A DNA stretch of 59,153 nucleotides, filler included, from Sphacelaria rigidula (lineage: Eukaryota): assembly GCA_964200075.2 (NCBI GenBank). It is 8 parts of 8 records of this genome, joined end to end, with 100 filler letters (N's around TTAATTAATTAA, not from the genome) between each part and the next. Parts side by side here need not be neighbours in the genome. Positions count along the whole stretch, not along the records: positions 22,224 to 29,530 come from CAXNAA020015522.1; positions 29,631 to 36,937 come from CAXNAA020015523.1; 6 more parts are not named here. The stretch is one strand, 5' to 3'. Positions 23,721 to 35,345 of the stretch are shown here, in pieces. The translations under genes and the position numbers were made by a program. Every line of letters begins with the position of its first letter. Position 1 is the first letter of the stretch. The notes beneath the pieces were generated by a model, which saw nothing but the letters and a program-made list of their open reading frames with translations, made no database searches and was not told the origin of the DNA.

Positions 23721-25505
23721 GGCCCACAGATAGGGGCAACATTTATGAGTTGCAAAGTTTCTCGACCAATCAGAGTCTTTGAATACACCAAAACGCGGCG
23801 ACCTTTCTTCAATCAGATGAGAGATATTAGTAGCAATGAAGTCAAAAGCCAGCTTCGATTGGCTGACACATTGCGCCGCTGCGGCACAGACAGCTGCTTC
23901 CGGCAATAAACGAGGATACAGCAGCTCCGTGCTGGCTCAGTTTGTTTGTCCCAACCTGCACGCACCCGCCTGGCATGTCCTCCCCGATCACAGCACCCGA
24001 CTATAACTGAAGTACCAGAGGAGACACAACAGACAGCTGTACAGCCGTCACGTGACGATTGTTTCAACCTTCCTTTGTTTCGACAGCACCTTGATCCCAC
24101 CCCAGTTCTGTGCAGCCCGAAACACGGCATGCAGCAGTACGACTGCTCAGGCACGCTCCAGTGCACATCGCACCGTGATCGTCGTAAAGTGCTTAGGTGC
24201 CCAACAGCACAGCAAGAACTACAGCATAGCAATGATGGGTTTGTGGAGTGCCTTATTCCTTTGACTCGAGACGAAAAAGCCAACGCACCATGAGCGTTTC
24301 AACGGTGTGTAGAGAGCACTGCGTCCCGGACAAGATTATTTTTCATACGTAGAGACGAACGGAATGACGACATATAAAGCAACTCAGGCACTCCCAGCGG
24401 AGATCGAACCGTCTCCACAAAGGCCTGAAACGCCACAGCGCAGCGACACCTACAACACACAAGACAGAGCATGAATGTGTTTGTGCTGCAGCACAGTGGT
24501 ACAGGACATGTCCCATTCGATAGTTCTTTTCCTGACCTCGGGTGGGTCCTTGATTTTTGCCCAGTGGCGATTTTCAAACTCTGAGCCATAATCGCGAAGA
24601 TTCTTTAATTCACTTTGAGTTACTGTACCCCTATCTGTGGGAGATGAGCCAAAAAGTAACAAAAAATACCGTAATTCAGCTGGAAACTACCGTAGAAACA
24701 TATGCACATATTTAGAAGGTAGGGGATAAACACTGTCATGTTTGGTAATGTATTGGTTTGTCGTTGGCAATGCTGGTCACTATCAACACATGCCAACCTG
24801 TTGCCTTTTACCGATGTGTAGTGGCCCCAGTGGGCAGCTCTTTTACTTTCAAGTATGATGAGGGACGTTGTGCATGGGCACACATACGTTCGAGACCTCT
24901 GTCTACGTTGCATACGGGAAAAAATGTGTGGGCTAGATTCGGACATATTTGCATACCAAGCTCTTGAGTTTGAGTCGTGCGTACGCTTTAGCGTATCGCA
25001 CAGACGTACTGGGCAGTGTGGTGGATATGACGTGTGGTGTGTACTTCCAAAAATTGGCATGCAATTCCGTCATTTGGAACGGCCATACCATGTTGATCAC
25101 AATACATCCCGTCTCCTTTGCATAATTAAGTAGCGTCGTATCAGGGTAGGCTATACTGTGACGGAGGATCAATTGAGAAGCCGTGATGCAGTCCTTGCAT
25201 CCCTTCTCTTGTTTGAAGCTTGTCGGCACAATATTTCCCCACGTGGTACCCTGTGGTAATGAGTGTCAACGTGCCATGGTCTGCGCTTCGTTTGATCTTC
25301 TTTTCACAAGCATACGCTCTCGTTTATTTATCTAATCTTGCTTCTTTTGTTACATCCTTCTCTGACTCGAGTTTTTTTGTCGAGCCGATGCTCCCGTTTC
25401 ATTCACTCTGGCTTCACTACAAGTGTGATGTCACCACGGCTGGATTCGTACGGAATTACTTGACAAGGGATTCAATCACCTAGCGATTCACTGTTTGCAG
25501 TGGGA

Positions 25506-25867
25506 GCCGGTCGCCCCGGTGGCTCAGTTGCTAACCTCGACATCTTGTAATGCGCTGGGTCGTGGGTTCGAAACACGGTGCAGTCTCACGGTCTGTTTTT
25601 TTTTCTCACACAATGCTCAACAAGAGAGAGCGACTATGTTGTGGATACATGAAATTCGACTTGACAGTCGACGAGGGAGAGAGGCTGCTGATCCCCTCCC
25701 GCGATAAAAAAATAAGGCAAGCACCGCAAAAGGAAGGTGGAGAACTAACAAAAATGAAAAACTCTTGTGTTGAACTTCCTCCTGTGTGACCCCGGCTGAC
25801 GCGCCTACATATACCGGAAGGTGCAGACTGGCGTCTAGAGTAGACGCAATGACAACACATCACAAAC
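25506..25867 (+). mobile_element. tRNA-derived SINE, family 2
   Basis: A box TGGCTCAGTTG (25520-25530), B box GGTTCGAAAC (25565-25574), CA-rich tail. Colinear over ~360 bp with 37856-38216(-); 3' fragment at ~57520-57597(-). Confidence 0.85.
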
Positions 25868-26713
25868 AGCCGGTCGGTTTGGCGGTGTGATCCTACAGTA
25901 CGCCAAAGCCCTCGCTATTATATTTCCGACCGCAATGCATCCGTAATGATCTCTGGAGGTTGCCATTTTCAAATGGCACGAGCCGCCACTGCGAGCGTTT
26001 TCGCACTCAATCCGTAGAAGGTACTCGCGTTCCAAATATACCGACGTGATCTGATCAACTCGAGCAAGTGTCATGGTCTTTGTGCGAAATCCCCACATCG
26101 CGACGCTGCACCACAGATGTTGCACTATTTTACCATTCCCGACTAACGAGCTGAACTGATTCCTTCGGGTGCAGCACTCCGTCGCGTAATCGGGTCCCCG
26201 AAAGCAACGCTACCAGGCTCCCCGAGAATCCAACCGGGACGGCCACACAACTCCACCTATTTCGTTGAATACCCACAAACTCTCACGAGAATGTGATGAG
26301 ATCCTGTCGGAATTGAGAACCTTAACCCTGTCGGAATTTTCACTCGCGAGTTTGGACATCAGCGTCGTGAACACTGGCCAAACCTTCGACGAACCCTGTC
26401 GCCCATATAAAAGATTATCAGACCTATCCACGCGCGGAAGAGCTGGACCGTCCGCACAGGATTCAATGGGATTTCCGACGGTCGAAAAAGTGAAGAGGAT
26501 CGTCTCCTATAGTGTCGGCCACGCGTCAGAACGCATGCTGGCCGCGCCGACAACAAGGTGCACCATAAAGTCCGCTTGCCCCCATGTGGCGAAAATCGGC
26601 TTCAAGAACTCGAGCCACCCCCAATTCTCGTCATGTTGTCGCTATTCGCTTTCGATTTTGAAGCCAATCATGCTACTCATGTGACTGACCTCGACGTGGT
26701 TTTTCGACTTTAG

Positions 26714-26908
26714 GCGGAGGAAGGAACCAAGCGCGAGAAGTTCGAGAAGGAGTTGAAGGTTCTCGATGGCTTTGCAGCGGAGGGAGCGGACGATGACGAG
26801 GCCTGCGGGTGGCTGTGCGGGAAGGCTGGAGACGGCGAGATGACACTGGCCGACGTGGCGTACTTCCCGTTCCTTGAGCGGATAGATGCCACTCTCGAAA
26901 AGTTCAAG
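26714..26908 (+). CDS. Internal exon encoding part of a glutathione S-transferase C-terminal domain (omega/lambda-like)
   Basis: TTTAG|..AAG|GTACT, 195 nt, phase 0/0: AEEGTKREKFEKELKVLDGF..WLCG..EMTLADVAYFPFLERIDATLEKFK. TLAD N-capping box and P-F-L-E-R are typical of GST_C. Confidence 0.85.
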
Positions 26909-28669
26909 GTACTAGAACGGCGTGTCGGAGAGAGACAAGTTGATTGGTTTGATTGATTGATTGACTGTCGCACTTTAAGTGACCCCCAGGGATCCAGCCG
27001 TGGTCTCATGATAGACGTACCCAAGACAAAAAACAGCACTGAAGTACTCGCTAAAGACAAAGCAGGAACAGAAAAAGGCGAACAGAACGACATCGTAGAC
27101 TAAGACGTGAAAATAAAAATGAAAAAAGGTAAAACCCATGACTTTTGCACCATGTGCTGTCAGCACGTCATTGACAAAACTAAAACGTTGAGTCAGTAAT
27201 GGCTGTGAAGGAAGCCTCTGTTATGGTAGTGGCACGGGTATGCCTGTTACCTCCCATTTTAAATGCATCGTTCTGCATTATTGTGTGCTGAAGTATTTTG
27301 CACATGAATGACTATGGCCTGAGCACCCCTGCTGTTTTTTTCATACTGTGACGACCAATGTGCTAGTGTCTTTCGTTGTGTGTTTTGTCTCATGCGCGAA
27401 TAATCATTACACACGGCATAGAGTGCCAGCGATCTCTTTTTCACGTAAGCTGGCCCTACTCCATGAGACATCAAGGGTCTTCAGCACAAAAGTACGAACA
27501 GCAGCAAAAGCGTAACCCAAATACAACGGTACGTGAGCTTTTGCAACCGTATAGCCAAGCTCGAGTGCCCCTCGCTTTATATTTATTTATTTTTTCCTTA
27601 ACGGAAGGAGGAAACCCAACCTAACACTTACCCCGCAAGCGAGTTTCGCAAGCGAGTTCGTGTGCCGACCCCGCGCGCTCTGATCGGCCATTCAGGCTCT
27701 TTCATTATCTGGAACTATCCCTCGACACCAAGTATCGCCTTATGGCGGTAGACATTGATAGTGGCTTGGTACAAGAACCAAAATTCATGAATTCTCACTC
27801 GATTGTGGTGAGAATTGGTGGGCATGTGGCCGGAATCAATGCAAGACCACCGATATCTACTTTGGCTCCTAGCTCGCCACAGTCCGAAAGTTACGGCCAA
27901 AGCAGATATGGTGGAAAATATCTAAAAATAGTGAACGGGATCTACATGCCCTCGGGGATCTGCATATGTTGGACTTTTCGGACTAGGTTTGGAAATTGCA
28001 GCCTGAAATTTTGAGAAGAGGTTCACGTTGACAATCGGGTCATCCTCAGCGCATTTCTTCCCTGTTCCGAAAATGAATACATATATATTTCCGGAAATTC
28101 AGTCGAATTGGACCGAAATCTCAAGAGAGAGAGAGAAGTACTTGAAGGATGACCTAATAAGTGTAGAATCGCGTCTTTCCCGAGCCTCTCCCAGAAATTT
28201 CGGGTCTCAGCGCTCTGACCTGGAGGAAAACGTCCAGGGTCGCGCTTTCTTGTCTCACACATGGGACCAGCCTGTAGACTTTGTTTCTCCATCAATATCA
28301 TCTATAGTACGCCGCTCCCCCTTCCCCCTTAAGGGTTGGCGTCGGTTGGCAATGATACCGCAAAGACACGCCACTCACTGCGTAAGCTAGTCAACCATGT
28401 CACCGTTATTTTTCTCGCCTGCATTTGTTTTTACGGTAACCATGATCGTGGTCGAGCGAGGTCATATTGTGCGGGGTGGAGAACCCGAACCTCGCGCAAA
28501 AGAGACGATCGTACAACGTAGTGTTCACACACGGTAAGGCACCCATGAAGCAGTGTATCACCCGCGGCTGTCTCTGGAAGTGTCGATACCATGAAATGAA
28601 GAAAACTGGTTTGAGGCTGACATCCATATGCAAGATGATCAAACGCTTCGGGCCGAACAATCCTAGCAA

Positions 28670-28858
28670 GATGCAGTTCTCACCTTTCATGCGATTCGCC
28701 CAACACATCACGGCACTTCGCGCTCAGTGATTGATGGTGAGCCTGGTCCGACGAAAACCCGGTGTGTTCCGTCCTGGTCTTGAAGGGATAGGAGGTCACT
28801 GATCCCATGACTGCGGCATACAAGATCATGGGTACACCCCCCTTCTCCCTTCCCCCTC
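28670..28858 (+). mobile_element. Dispersed repeat ending in GATCATG(A/G)GTACAC-(C)n, probable retroposon 3' end
   Basis: Homologous pieces at ~14650-14716, 22067-22123, 22224-22270, 48540-48677 and weakly ~31380-31412. Confidence 0.8.
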
Positions 28859-29630
28859 AAAGCCCATCTGAATACGGGTCTGAGCGGTCGAGGGGTCAAT
28901 AACCTCTCCACAAACTTGGTGGCCACGCTAGTGTCATGCTTGTAGCAAACTCATCCACGAACTCACGTCCCCACGCTCTACTCGAGCGTTTCAAATACCC
29001 GTGACAACAACACACGTACACGTGTTTCAAGTCGCCAACTGAGTTAGAGCATGGCATTGCTGGGTAGCACACACCAAGCGCTTTCAAACTGCCTTCGACT
29101 TTACCGGCTGGGGTTGAAATCTTGGACACGTTTTTCAAGGTTGTGTATCTCGCGGTAGCCTTCGCCTACTTCCAATGACTACACTTAAACCAAGTAGCTT
29201 TTGACTTCCCACAGAACAACCAATACATAAAATTTGAACAGCTCATTCTGTACGCCAAAACCAAGTCTTTATCCACTACCACACTGAATCGAGGTAAATC
29301 ATGCAGGGAAAATAGCGGTGGCGGTATGTCTGTAGGCACCATAGGTCATTTGCTCCGGCTAAAGGCATCGAGCTTGACTGATTGGCCGTAGTCCAGGGTG
29401 AAAATATACTTCCTCTGTCCCATAAGTCTGTATCGTTATGGACGTTTAATCGTGTGGGTATTTCAATGCTCACGATCATGCTACAGTTGGGCTCGTTAGA
29501 GAGATAACGTGCAGACGAAGCTGACTGAGANNNNNNNNNNNNNNNNNNNNNNNNNNNNNNNNNNNNNNNNNNNNTTAATTAATTAANNNNNNNNNNNNNN
29601 NNNNNNNNNNNNNNNNNNNNNNNNNNNNNN

Positions 29631-30017
29631 GGCTTTTGAGTTGAACCTCATTTTTTTTTCAACCCCATTTTCGAAAATCGGCTGTTACATGTCGATTTCG
29701 CCCCCTGAAACTAGTCATTTCTCTTTTGGGGCGGCTTCCGCGGCATCACTGAGATGCGGCAACCCGATCTCTTTTGGGGAACGAGTGATGCTACGGTAGA
29801 GGTTTACAAATATTTTCTCAGGTTAGAATTGTTAGGAGCCCCTCACCTTATTCGAAACACGACTTACCAGCGGATCCTAAAAAATGGGGTTCATCTCAAA
29901 AATGAGGTTGAAGTGGCATTTTGTTTTGCAGGGATGACGCGATGCACTCACAACCGAGCAAAGCAATCTTCCCCTCCTAATGCCCGCAGCAGTGAAGTAG
30001 CTGTGGCTAGGTGCACC
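29631..30017 (-). mobile_element. Terminal region of a DNA-transposon-like repeat (same family as 4534-4720 and 36100-36430)
   Basis: 29870-30017 is the reverse complement of 4534-4682. 29782-29865 is the reverse complement of ~36262-36345. Confidence 0.75.
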
Positions 30018-31010
30018 TAACGAGTGCGGTGTACGCGCGTGTCGATGACGATATCACCAGAGAGAGAAGCAACGACAGAGAGGAAGCTCTTCGCCCGTGT
30101 CCTTTGTGTGTCCTTGCTTGGCGATTACCACTCGCTCGAGAGACTGGCATCATCGACGTTACCAGCATGTACCCAATTTTCCATGTGCCAGAGCATCGAG
30201 GTGCGGACAGAGTCCGTCTCTTCTTGCCTGTGGCCAATGCGAACATGGATTTCTCTCTGCCTCTCTTTTTGGACAGGACGCGCCTCTGTGTGCTGAAAAA
30301 CATGTCGTTGAAAAAAAGGGCGATGTTCCCGTCACCGCTACTACTGTTCTCTGTCACGCACATGCCAGCAAGGGCGGTGGTGTGGCGAAAACAACAGATA
30401 GATCCAATTTGAACTTGAGGGGTGTTATTCATCGTTGATTTCACCCGACGTGTATGAGAGCGATCCTCTGGGTGCCCAACGACAACAGCGTGCGAGACGC
30501 CAGTTGGGGGGGGGGAGGGGCATGTATGAGACATCAAACACTTGTGGAGACCTTCTTGACATGCGGAGTGAAAAAAGATACCTATGGTAGTGATCTAACC
30601 GTTGCGAGCGTGGTGCAGAGGGGTGCGTCCATGCTGCAATCGGGAGTACGCGCTGGCTGCGTGAATACGTCGGTACAGTAGCTTTCGAGAATGAATTCCG
30701 ATGTGACGGGTCACGCATTACCACCTAGGACAAGACATGAACCCACGAAGCGCTAGTGCTCTATGATAGCCACTTGTCGTTGCATTTGACACCCACGCCA
30801 TCAACCGCCAACCTCAAAGGTCTTGTGGCTTTCAAGCAAAAACGCTGACGGTAGTATGGCAGGCAAACCCGATCATGGCTAGCTTTCGTCGCTCTACTGG
30901 ACTGGCTAGCGTCTGCATAGAGGTCGCCCGGTGAAGCAACATGTACCAAACTTCGCAATCTCTGTAGAAACACAACAGTTCGGTTCTTCCAAATACATTA
31001 ACATGATTAA

Positions 31011-31104
31011 CCCTTGGAGAGATTAGTCTTTCTGGATCATGCATACTTTTTTTCACCTGAAATTGATGCCGATTCAACAGAAGGCTAACCTCGCGGTCTA
31101 AGGG
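31011..31104. mobile_element. 94-bp TTAA-flanked miniature element (piggyBac-like MITE)
   Basis: TTAA|CCCTTGGA..TCTAAGGG|TTAA with imperfect TIRs. A related right end (TTGATGCCGATTCA.CAGA..GCGGTCTAACGG|TTAA) is at 1-70. Confidence 0.7.
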
Positions 31105-32274
31105 TTAAGATGACTCTAGTGGTCTGATACGCCCAGTAAAATTTTCTTTTTTATATACTTTTTTAGACGCCTCCTTGTAAAATGCTGGATGATGGCAAGT
31201 GTCCCGATTTCGCGTGGAGTGTCTGCGCCTACTGCGCATACAGCAGCGGACCAAACAGCATCGCTCTGGCGGAATGCGGGGACGCGAGGGCGATCGAGGT
31301 GTGTTGAAATACAGACAGGCAGTCCCTCTTGCAAGTTTTAACGGTAGCAGTAACGGAAGCAACGAGTAATCGCATAATCCGCATGGCCGAGGGTGAACAC
31401 CACCCCCCTCCCCGTGAACCTGCCCTCCGGTGTTTAGGGAGAGCACCGCGCTCGTGCTACACCATTAGCAGAGATATGGAGAGCTGTTTCCCCATCTGCA
31501 GAAAATAAGCTTTCCATTGCAAAAGGAATTATTGAAATCCATCCGTGCTGTTAAATACACGACTTGACTGAAGTTTGAAAAGTTAAAATTTTGCTCCGCA
31601 CCCGTGCACGTCTGCTCTGGAGTGCCAGATATGGTGAAAACAGAACACCTAACTTCAGTACAGTAGAGTCCAGTGCAGCGCAGCACAGCACAGCACAGTA
31701 GAACATGGTGCTGTGTACTGCACTGCCACCAAGGGCATAGTGCAGTCCGCCAAAGATAAGGGTAGTTGCTGAAGTGTATCTACGTAAGGGCGGTCGGGTC
31801 GAATCCTGCAAGAATCAAATAATGCACACTGTGTGCGTGGATAACGTGTATATCTTTGGGTTGCGTCGTCCATCACGCACATCACTGATAGCGCTCCTGT
31901 TGGCTTCTGCAGCGTATGTTCGGAACCCCCGTCCGGATTCTAACCGCCGTAAACGTTGAGCAACACCTACGGAGTCGACGCAGACATAAAAACCTACTTG
32001 ATGAGTTGAACGGTGCTACAGCACCACGATCGAACGCTGCAGCATCAGATACAAGTATCATATGTCAAAACCACAGCTCCGCTGGCGTAGGCCGGTACTG
32101 CACGAGTGTTCTTGAGTTCGTACTCTCGGTGCCTTCTCCGGATTACCCCTTGCCAACGCTGCCGAAAGGACCAGGGTAGGCGTGGACGTTGTAATATCTT
32201 TCCACAATTATGGGAAAGATATTTCTTCGACCATGGGAAAGAAGTGATCGCGCCGACAATCGACCTCGCACTTC

Positions 32275-32364
32275 TTTTGTTCGTCAGAACGAACTCCATC
32301 ACTGAGACACTCAGTCAGCGCTGACTGAATGGCTCGGTGGTGGAGTTCGTTCCGACGAACAAAA
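32275..32364. repeat. 90-bp near-perfect palindrome with no spacer
   Basis: 45-nt arms 32275-32319 and 32320-32364, 5 mismatches. Confidence 0.95.
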
Positions 32365-32601
32365 CACACGATGAAAGGCACGCTATGTCAAACGCACTGA
32401 TTCTCAACCCTCCACTCATTCACCCCCCGGTCCATTCCCTGCCTTTTGACGGTAGATATGGAGGATCCCCAAGACTCACTCACGGGGTGCAACGTCTGGA
32501 TGCCTGCTTGGACGTCGGCGGGGGCAGTCCGAATGTTGAATACGACACCAATGTCGATCCCGAGGTAACAGCGCCACGAGTCCCAGGGTGCTGCATGGTT
32601 C

Positions 32602-33175
32602 CAAGGTTGTGTTCTGTAGGATACGGTTCTCTGTATACCCGGGGCATTTTCCCGGGTATTTACCGTCCCCGACAGTTCTGTGACTTCTGTAAGGCGTTCA
32701 TACCGGTACCCGACATTTGTGCAATCTCTCTAAGGCTTTCATACCCTTACCCGATAGTTCTGTGAGTTCTGTAAGCCTCCCGTACCGTCATCGGTGGGCG
32801 CCGGTATGCTTTTGATAAGATACCCGTTTGCTGAACCGTATTCTGTGCAACCTTCATACCCTGCCCGACAGTTTCTGTGAGTTCTGTAAGCCTCCCATAC
32901 CCTTACCCGACAGTTCTGTGACTTCTGTACATAATGTTTATCCGTACCCGGAGCGCGGGTATACTCTTGAAGACGAACCCTCTTGTCGGCACGGTTTTTC
33001 TGTAAGTCTCCCGTACCGTGCCCGAACATTTCTTCAATTTTTTATTTTCAAACCGGTACCCGGCATTTTTTTAATTTCTGTGAGACTTTCATACTGGTAC
33101 CCTATATTTCCTCAAGTTCTGCAAGGAGTCTCATACCCTTCAGAACATACCCGCACCCTACAGGACACAACCTTG
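32602..33175. mobile_element. Non-autonomous hAT-type element (574 bp) filled with ~40-bp tandem repeats
   Basis: TIR CAAGGTTGTGT(T/C)CTGTAGG at both ends; 8-bp TSD CATGGTTC (32594-32601) / CATGATTC (33176-33183); internal units TACCCGACAGTTCTGTGA(C/G)TTCTGTAAG..CATACC. Confidence 0.9.
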
Positions 33176-33779
33176 CATGATTCTGCAAGCGCGATTGCTC
33201 AAAATAGCAGCATCTGACTTCTTGGCTCATGTTTGGGATCATGGTTGTAATTTCGATCGGAATCAATGGCGCCTACAGTTGTGCTCTTCAGAGCTTGGTA
33301 CGAGTATTTGACTCCGACGCTCCCAATTCAAAAGCGACGAGACAGCTGACATATTGCATCCATACATCGATTTATCTCATGTCCTCCAGACAGGTGGTGA
33401 AGCTACTGTATCACTCGGGCCTCCATCCGCCCAACTCGTACCACATCCGTTGTTGGGGATGGATCTCGACGGATAGACTCCGAGTGAGTCAGCCAGATGG
33501 GGCGGGGGAGGAGCGGCGACGCCGCGGATGGCGACAACTGAGGAACGCGGAGGTTTCGACGGCAAAGGTTTCGCAGGGCCGAAACAGCGAACATATCTTG
33601 CGGTGGTGACAGACGGACGAGGGAGCCGGGCTGCGTCGGTGCCGACGACGGTGCGAAGGGTGGGTGTTGGCACCCGCGCGGCGGTTCGGAAGACTCCACC
33701 ATCGTATATTGCAGTACTGACAGGCAGCGGGGAAATAGCGGCGGCAGCGGACCAGGGTCGGCGTGGTGCGGCACTTCTC

Positions 33780-35345
33780 CAGCCTCCAAGTCTTTGCTGT
33801 GGTGGCATAATGGCAGTAGGCCTGATCAGAGTATCCACAGCGCAGCTGGACCCAAGATTATTGAGGGTGACATGTCTACAGTCCACTGCATCATCCACTC
33901 CGAGAGGTTGTTCAAGAAGCACTAGAAGAAGTGGCTCGTGACTTCGATTGATGCTGATCAGTGGATTATTGTGTTGCTAGCAATGTCCTCCGGGTATATC
34001 ACACCGCAGGGCTCCGACGCAGCGCAAGTCACTGGTAAACGATTGTGAGCGGTGGCCCCCGGTACATCTTCGAGGACAGGGTGTACAGCTCCACCGAGAA
34101 TCTGAGGGATGGGAGTGAGAGCGCTTGGCCGCCCGCCGGACAGTAGACATGATTGACGCCATCTATGAAGGTAGCATTATTTGTGTTGACCTACCTCTTG
34201 GCTGGATGTGACTTCTTACCGTATGTGTCCAGGATTCCTTTCCTCAAGCTGTGGGATTTCGTGCTGAAGGCCCTGCGTACGCCGAATCTGTTTACAGCAC
34301 CGGTATTCACGGAAGAGGACGGCATCCTGAGAGTAGACATCGATGAGGGCGTGAAGCTGCCGGCCGCCATATTTTTTTCCAGGGACGAAAATGCTTCTGC
34401 GCAAATCGCCACGGATCCGGAGCTTCTCTTCGCCACGGGGGGGGTGGGACTTGGGATCGTATGTCAACAAGATCTGCCTGTGTGTCACCACAGTACATGG
34501 GCATATGCCTTCCCGGTGGTGCCCAGACTCGGACGCCTGTCGGGAGCACGTGAGTAAGTCTGACGCGGCATTCGAACACTGGGGAGGGAGGGCTAAGAAG
34601 AAGATGCCCACGGTGGACTTCAACGGCCGTGGTTGGTTGTAGAATCCCAGAAGACTCATCACAAGCGGGGCATAAAACTAGAGAGCAGAGAGGCAGAGGC
34701 GCTCATGCGGGACAACATCGTTATTTAATTATGGGTCCGGGAACGTGCGGACCCTGAGGTGCTTATGTAACCCGGCAAAGGCGCCACAAAGAGACCGCCG
34801 CTGCAAAAAATGTAGGTGTCTGGGGAACTGCACGCTGAGTTGCTGCGGTTGCCAGGGTCGCTGCTTGCTACCCCCGCCGTCCTCTGGAGCAACCGAGGCG
34901 ACTTCCAGTGTGGTGATGCTGACAGTAGAATTGGCGATGCACGTGAACGATCTATTTCTGCCAGGGGCGGATCCCCGGCGAACCGTGGGAGGCGCGGATC
35001 CACAGCGAAGCGCGGGAGGGGCGGATCCACGGCGGACCGTGGAAGGGCCGAGGCGAGTGGAGCGACCAACGCGTCGAGGGCAGCAGTCAGCGTGAGGCAT
35101 GGCGATGAGCCGCGCCGGTTTGGCGGCGGAAGTGTGGTGGGAGAGGGATGGGGTCTAGGATCATTCCCGAATAGTCGTTATTGTCACGAAGGTGGACGTG
35201 AAGACTACAACAGCGTCGGGTCAAGAAGTGCAGCCGGCATCTGGATTGGATATTCCGATTTGGAGTGCAGCGGGTCGGAGACAGATGACCCGGCAACGGA
35301 GGCAGATAATAACTACTGTATGATGATTTCATGTTTTGATTGCGC
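33780..35345 (+). mobile_element. Decayed XPG/FEN-like PIN nuclease plus C-terminal Cys cluster ORF (AcademX-type transposon protein, C-terminal part)
   Basis: In order across frameshifts: IEGDMSTVHCIIH (33863), WLVTSIDADQWIIVLL (33950), YLLAGCDFLP..KLW (34204), PDSDACREHVSKS..HW..P..GRGW (~34520-34636), RCLCN..RCKKCRCLGNCTLSCCGCQGRC (34757-34865), then 3 x 27-nt repeats and an acidic tail. Confidence 0.75.

Noticed and set aside
24620-25060. Ulp1-like protease (HW, DS, QxN motifs)
   Set aside because: Motif spacing is wrong and the catalytic Cys motif is missing.
28329-28381. Next GST exon (AAG|GGTTGG..C|GTAAGC)
   Set aside because: Splice-like ends, but the peptide lacks the expected PxLxxW GST motif.
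34153-34557. Host FEN1/EXO1/XRN gene
   Set aside because: Frameshifts, no evident introns and the downstream H..W..GW plus Cys cluster fit a transposon protein better.
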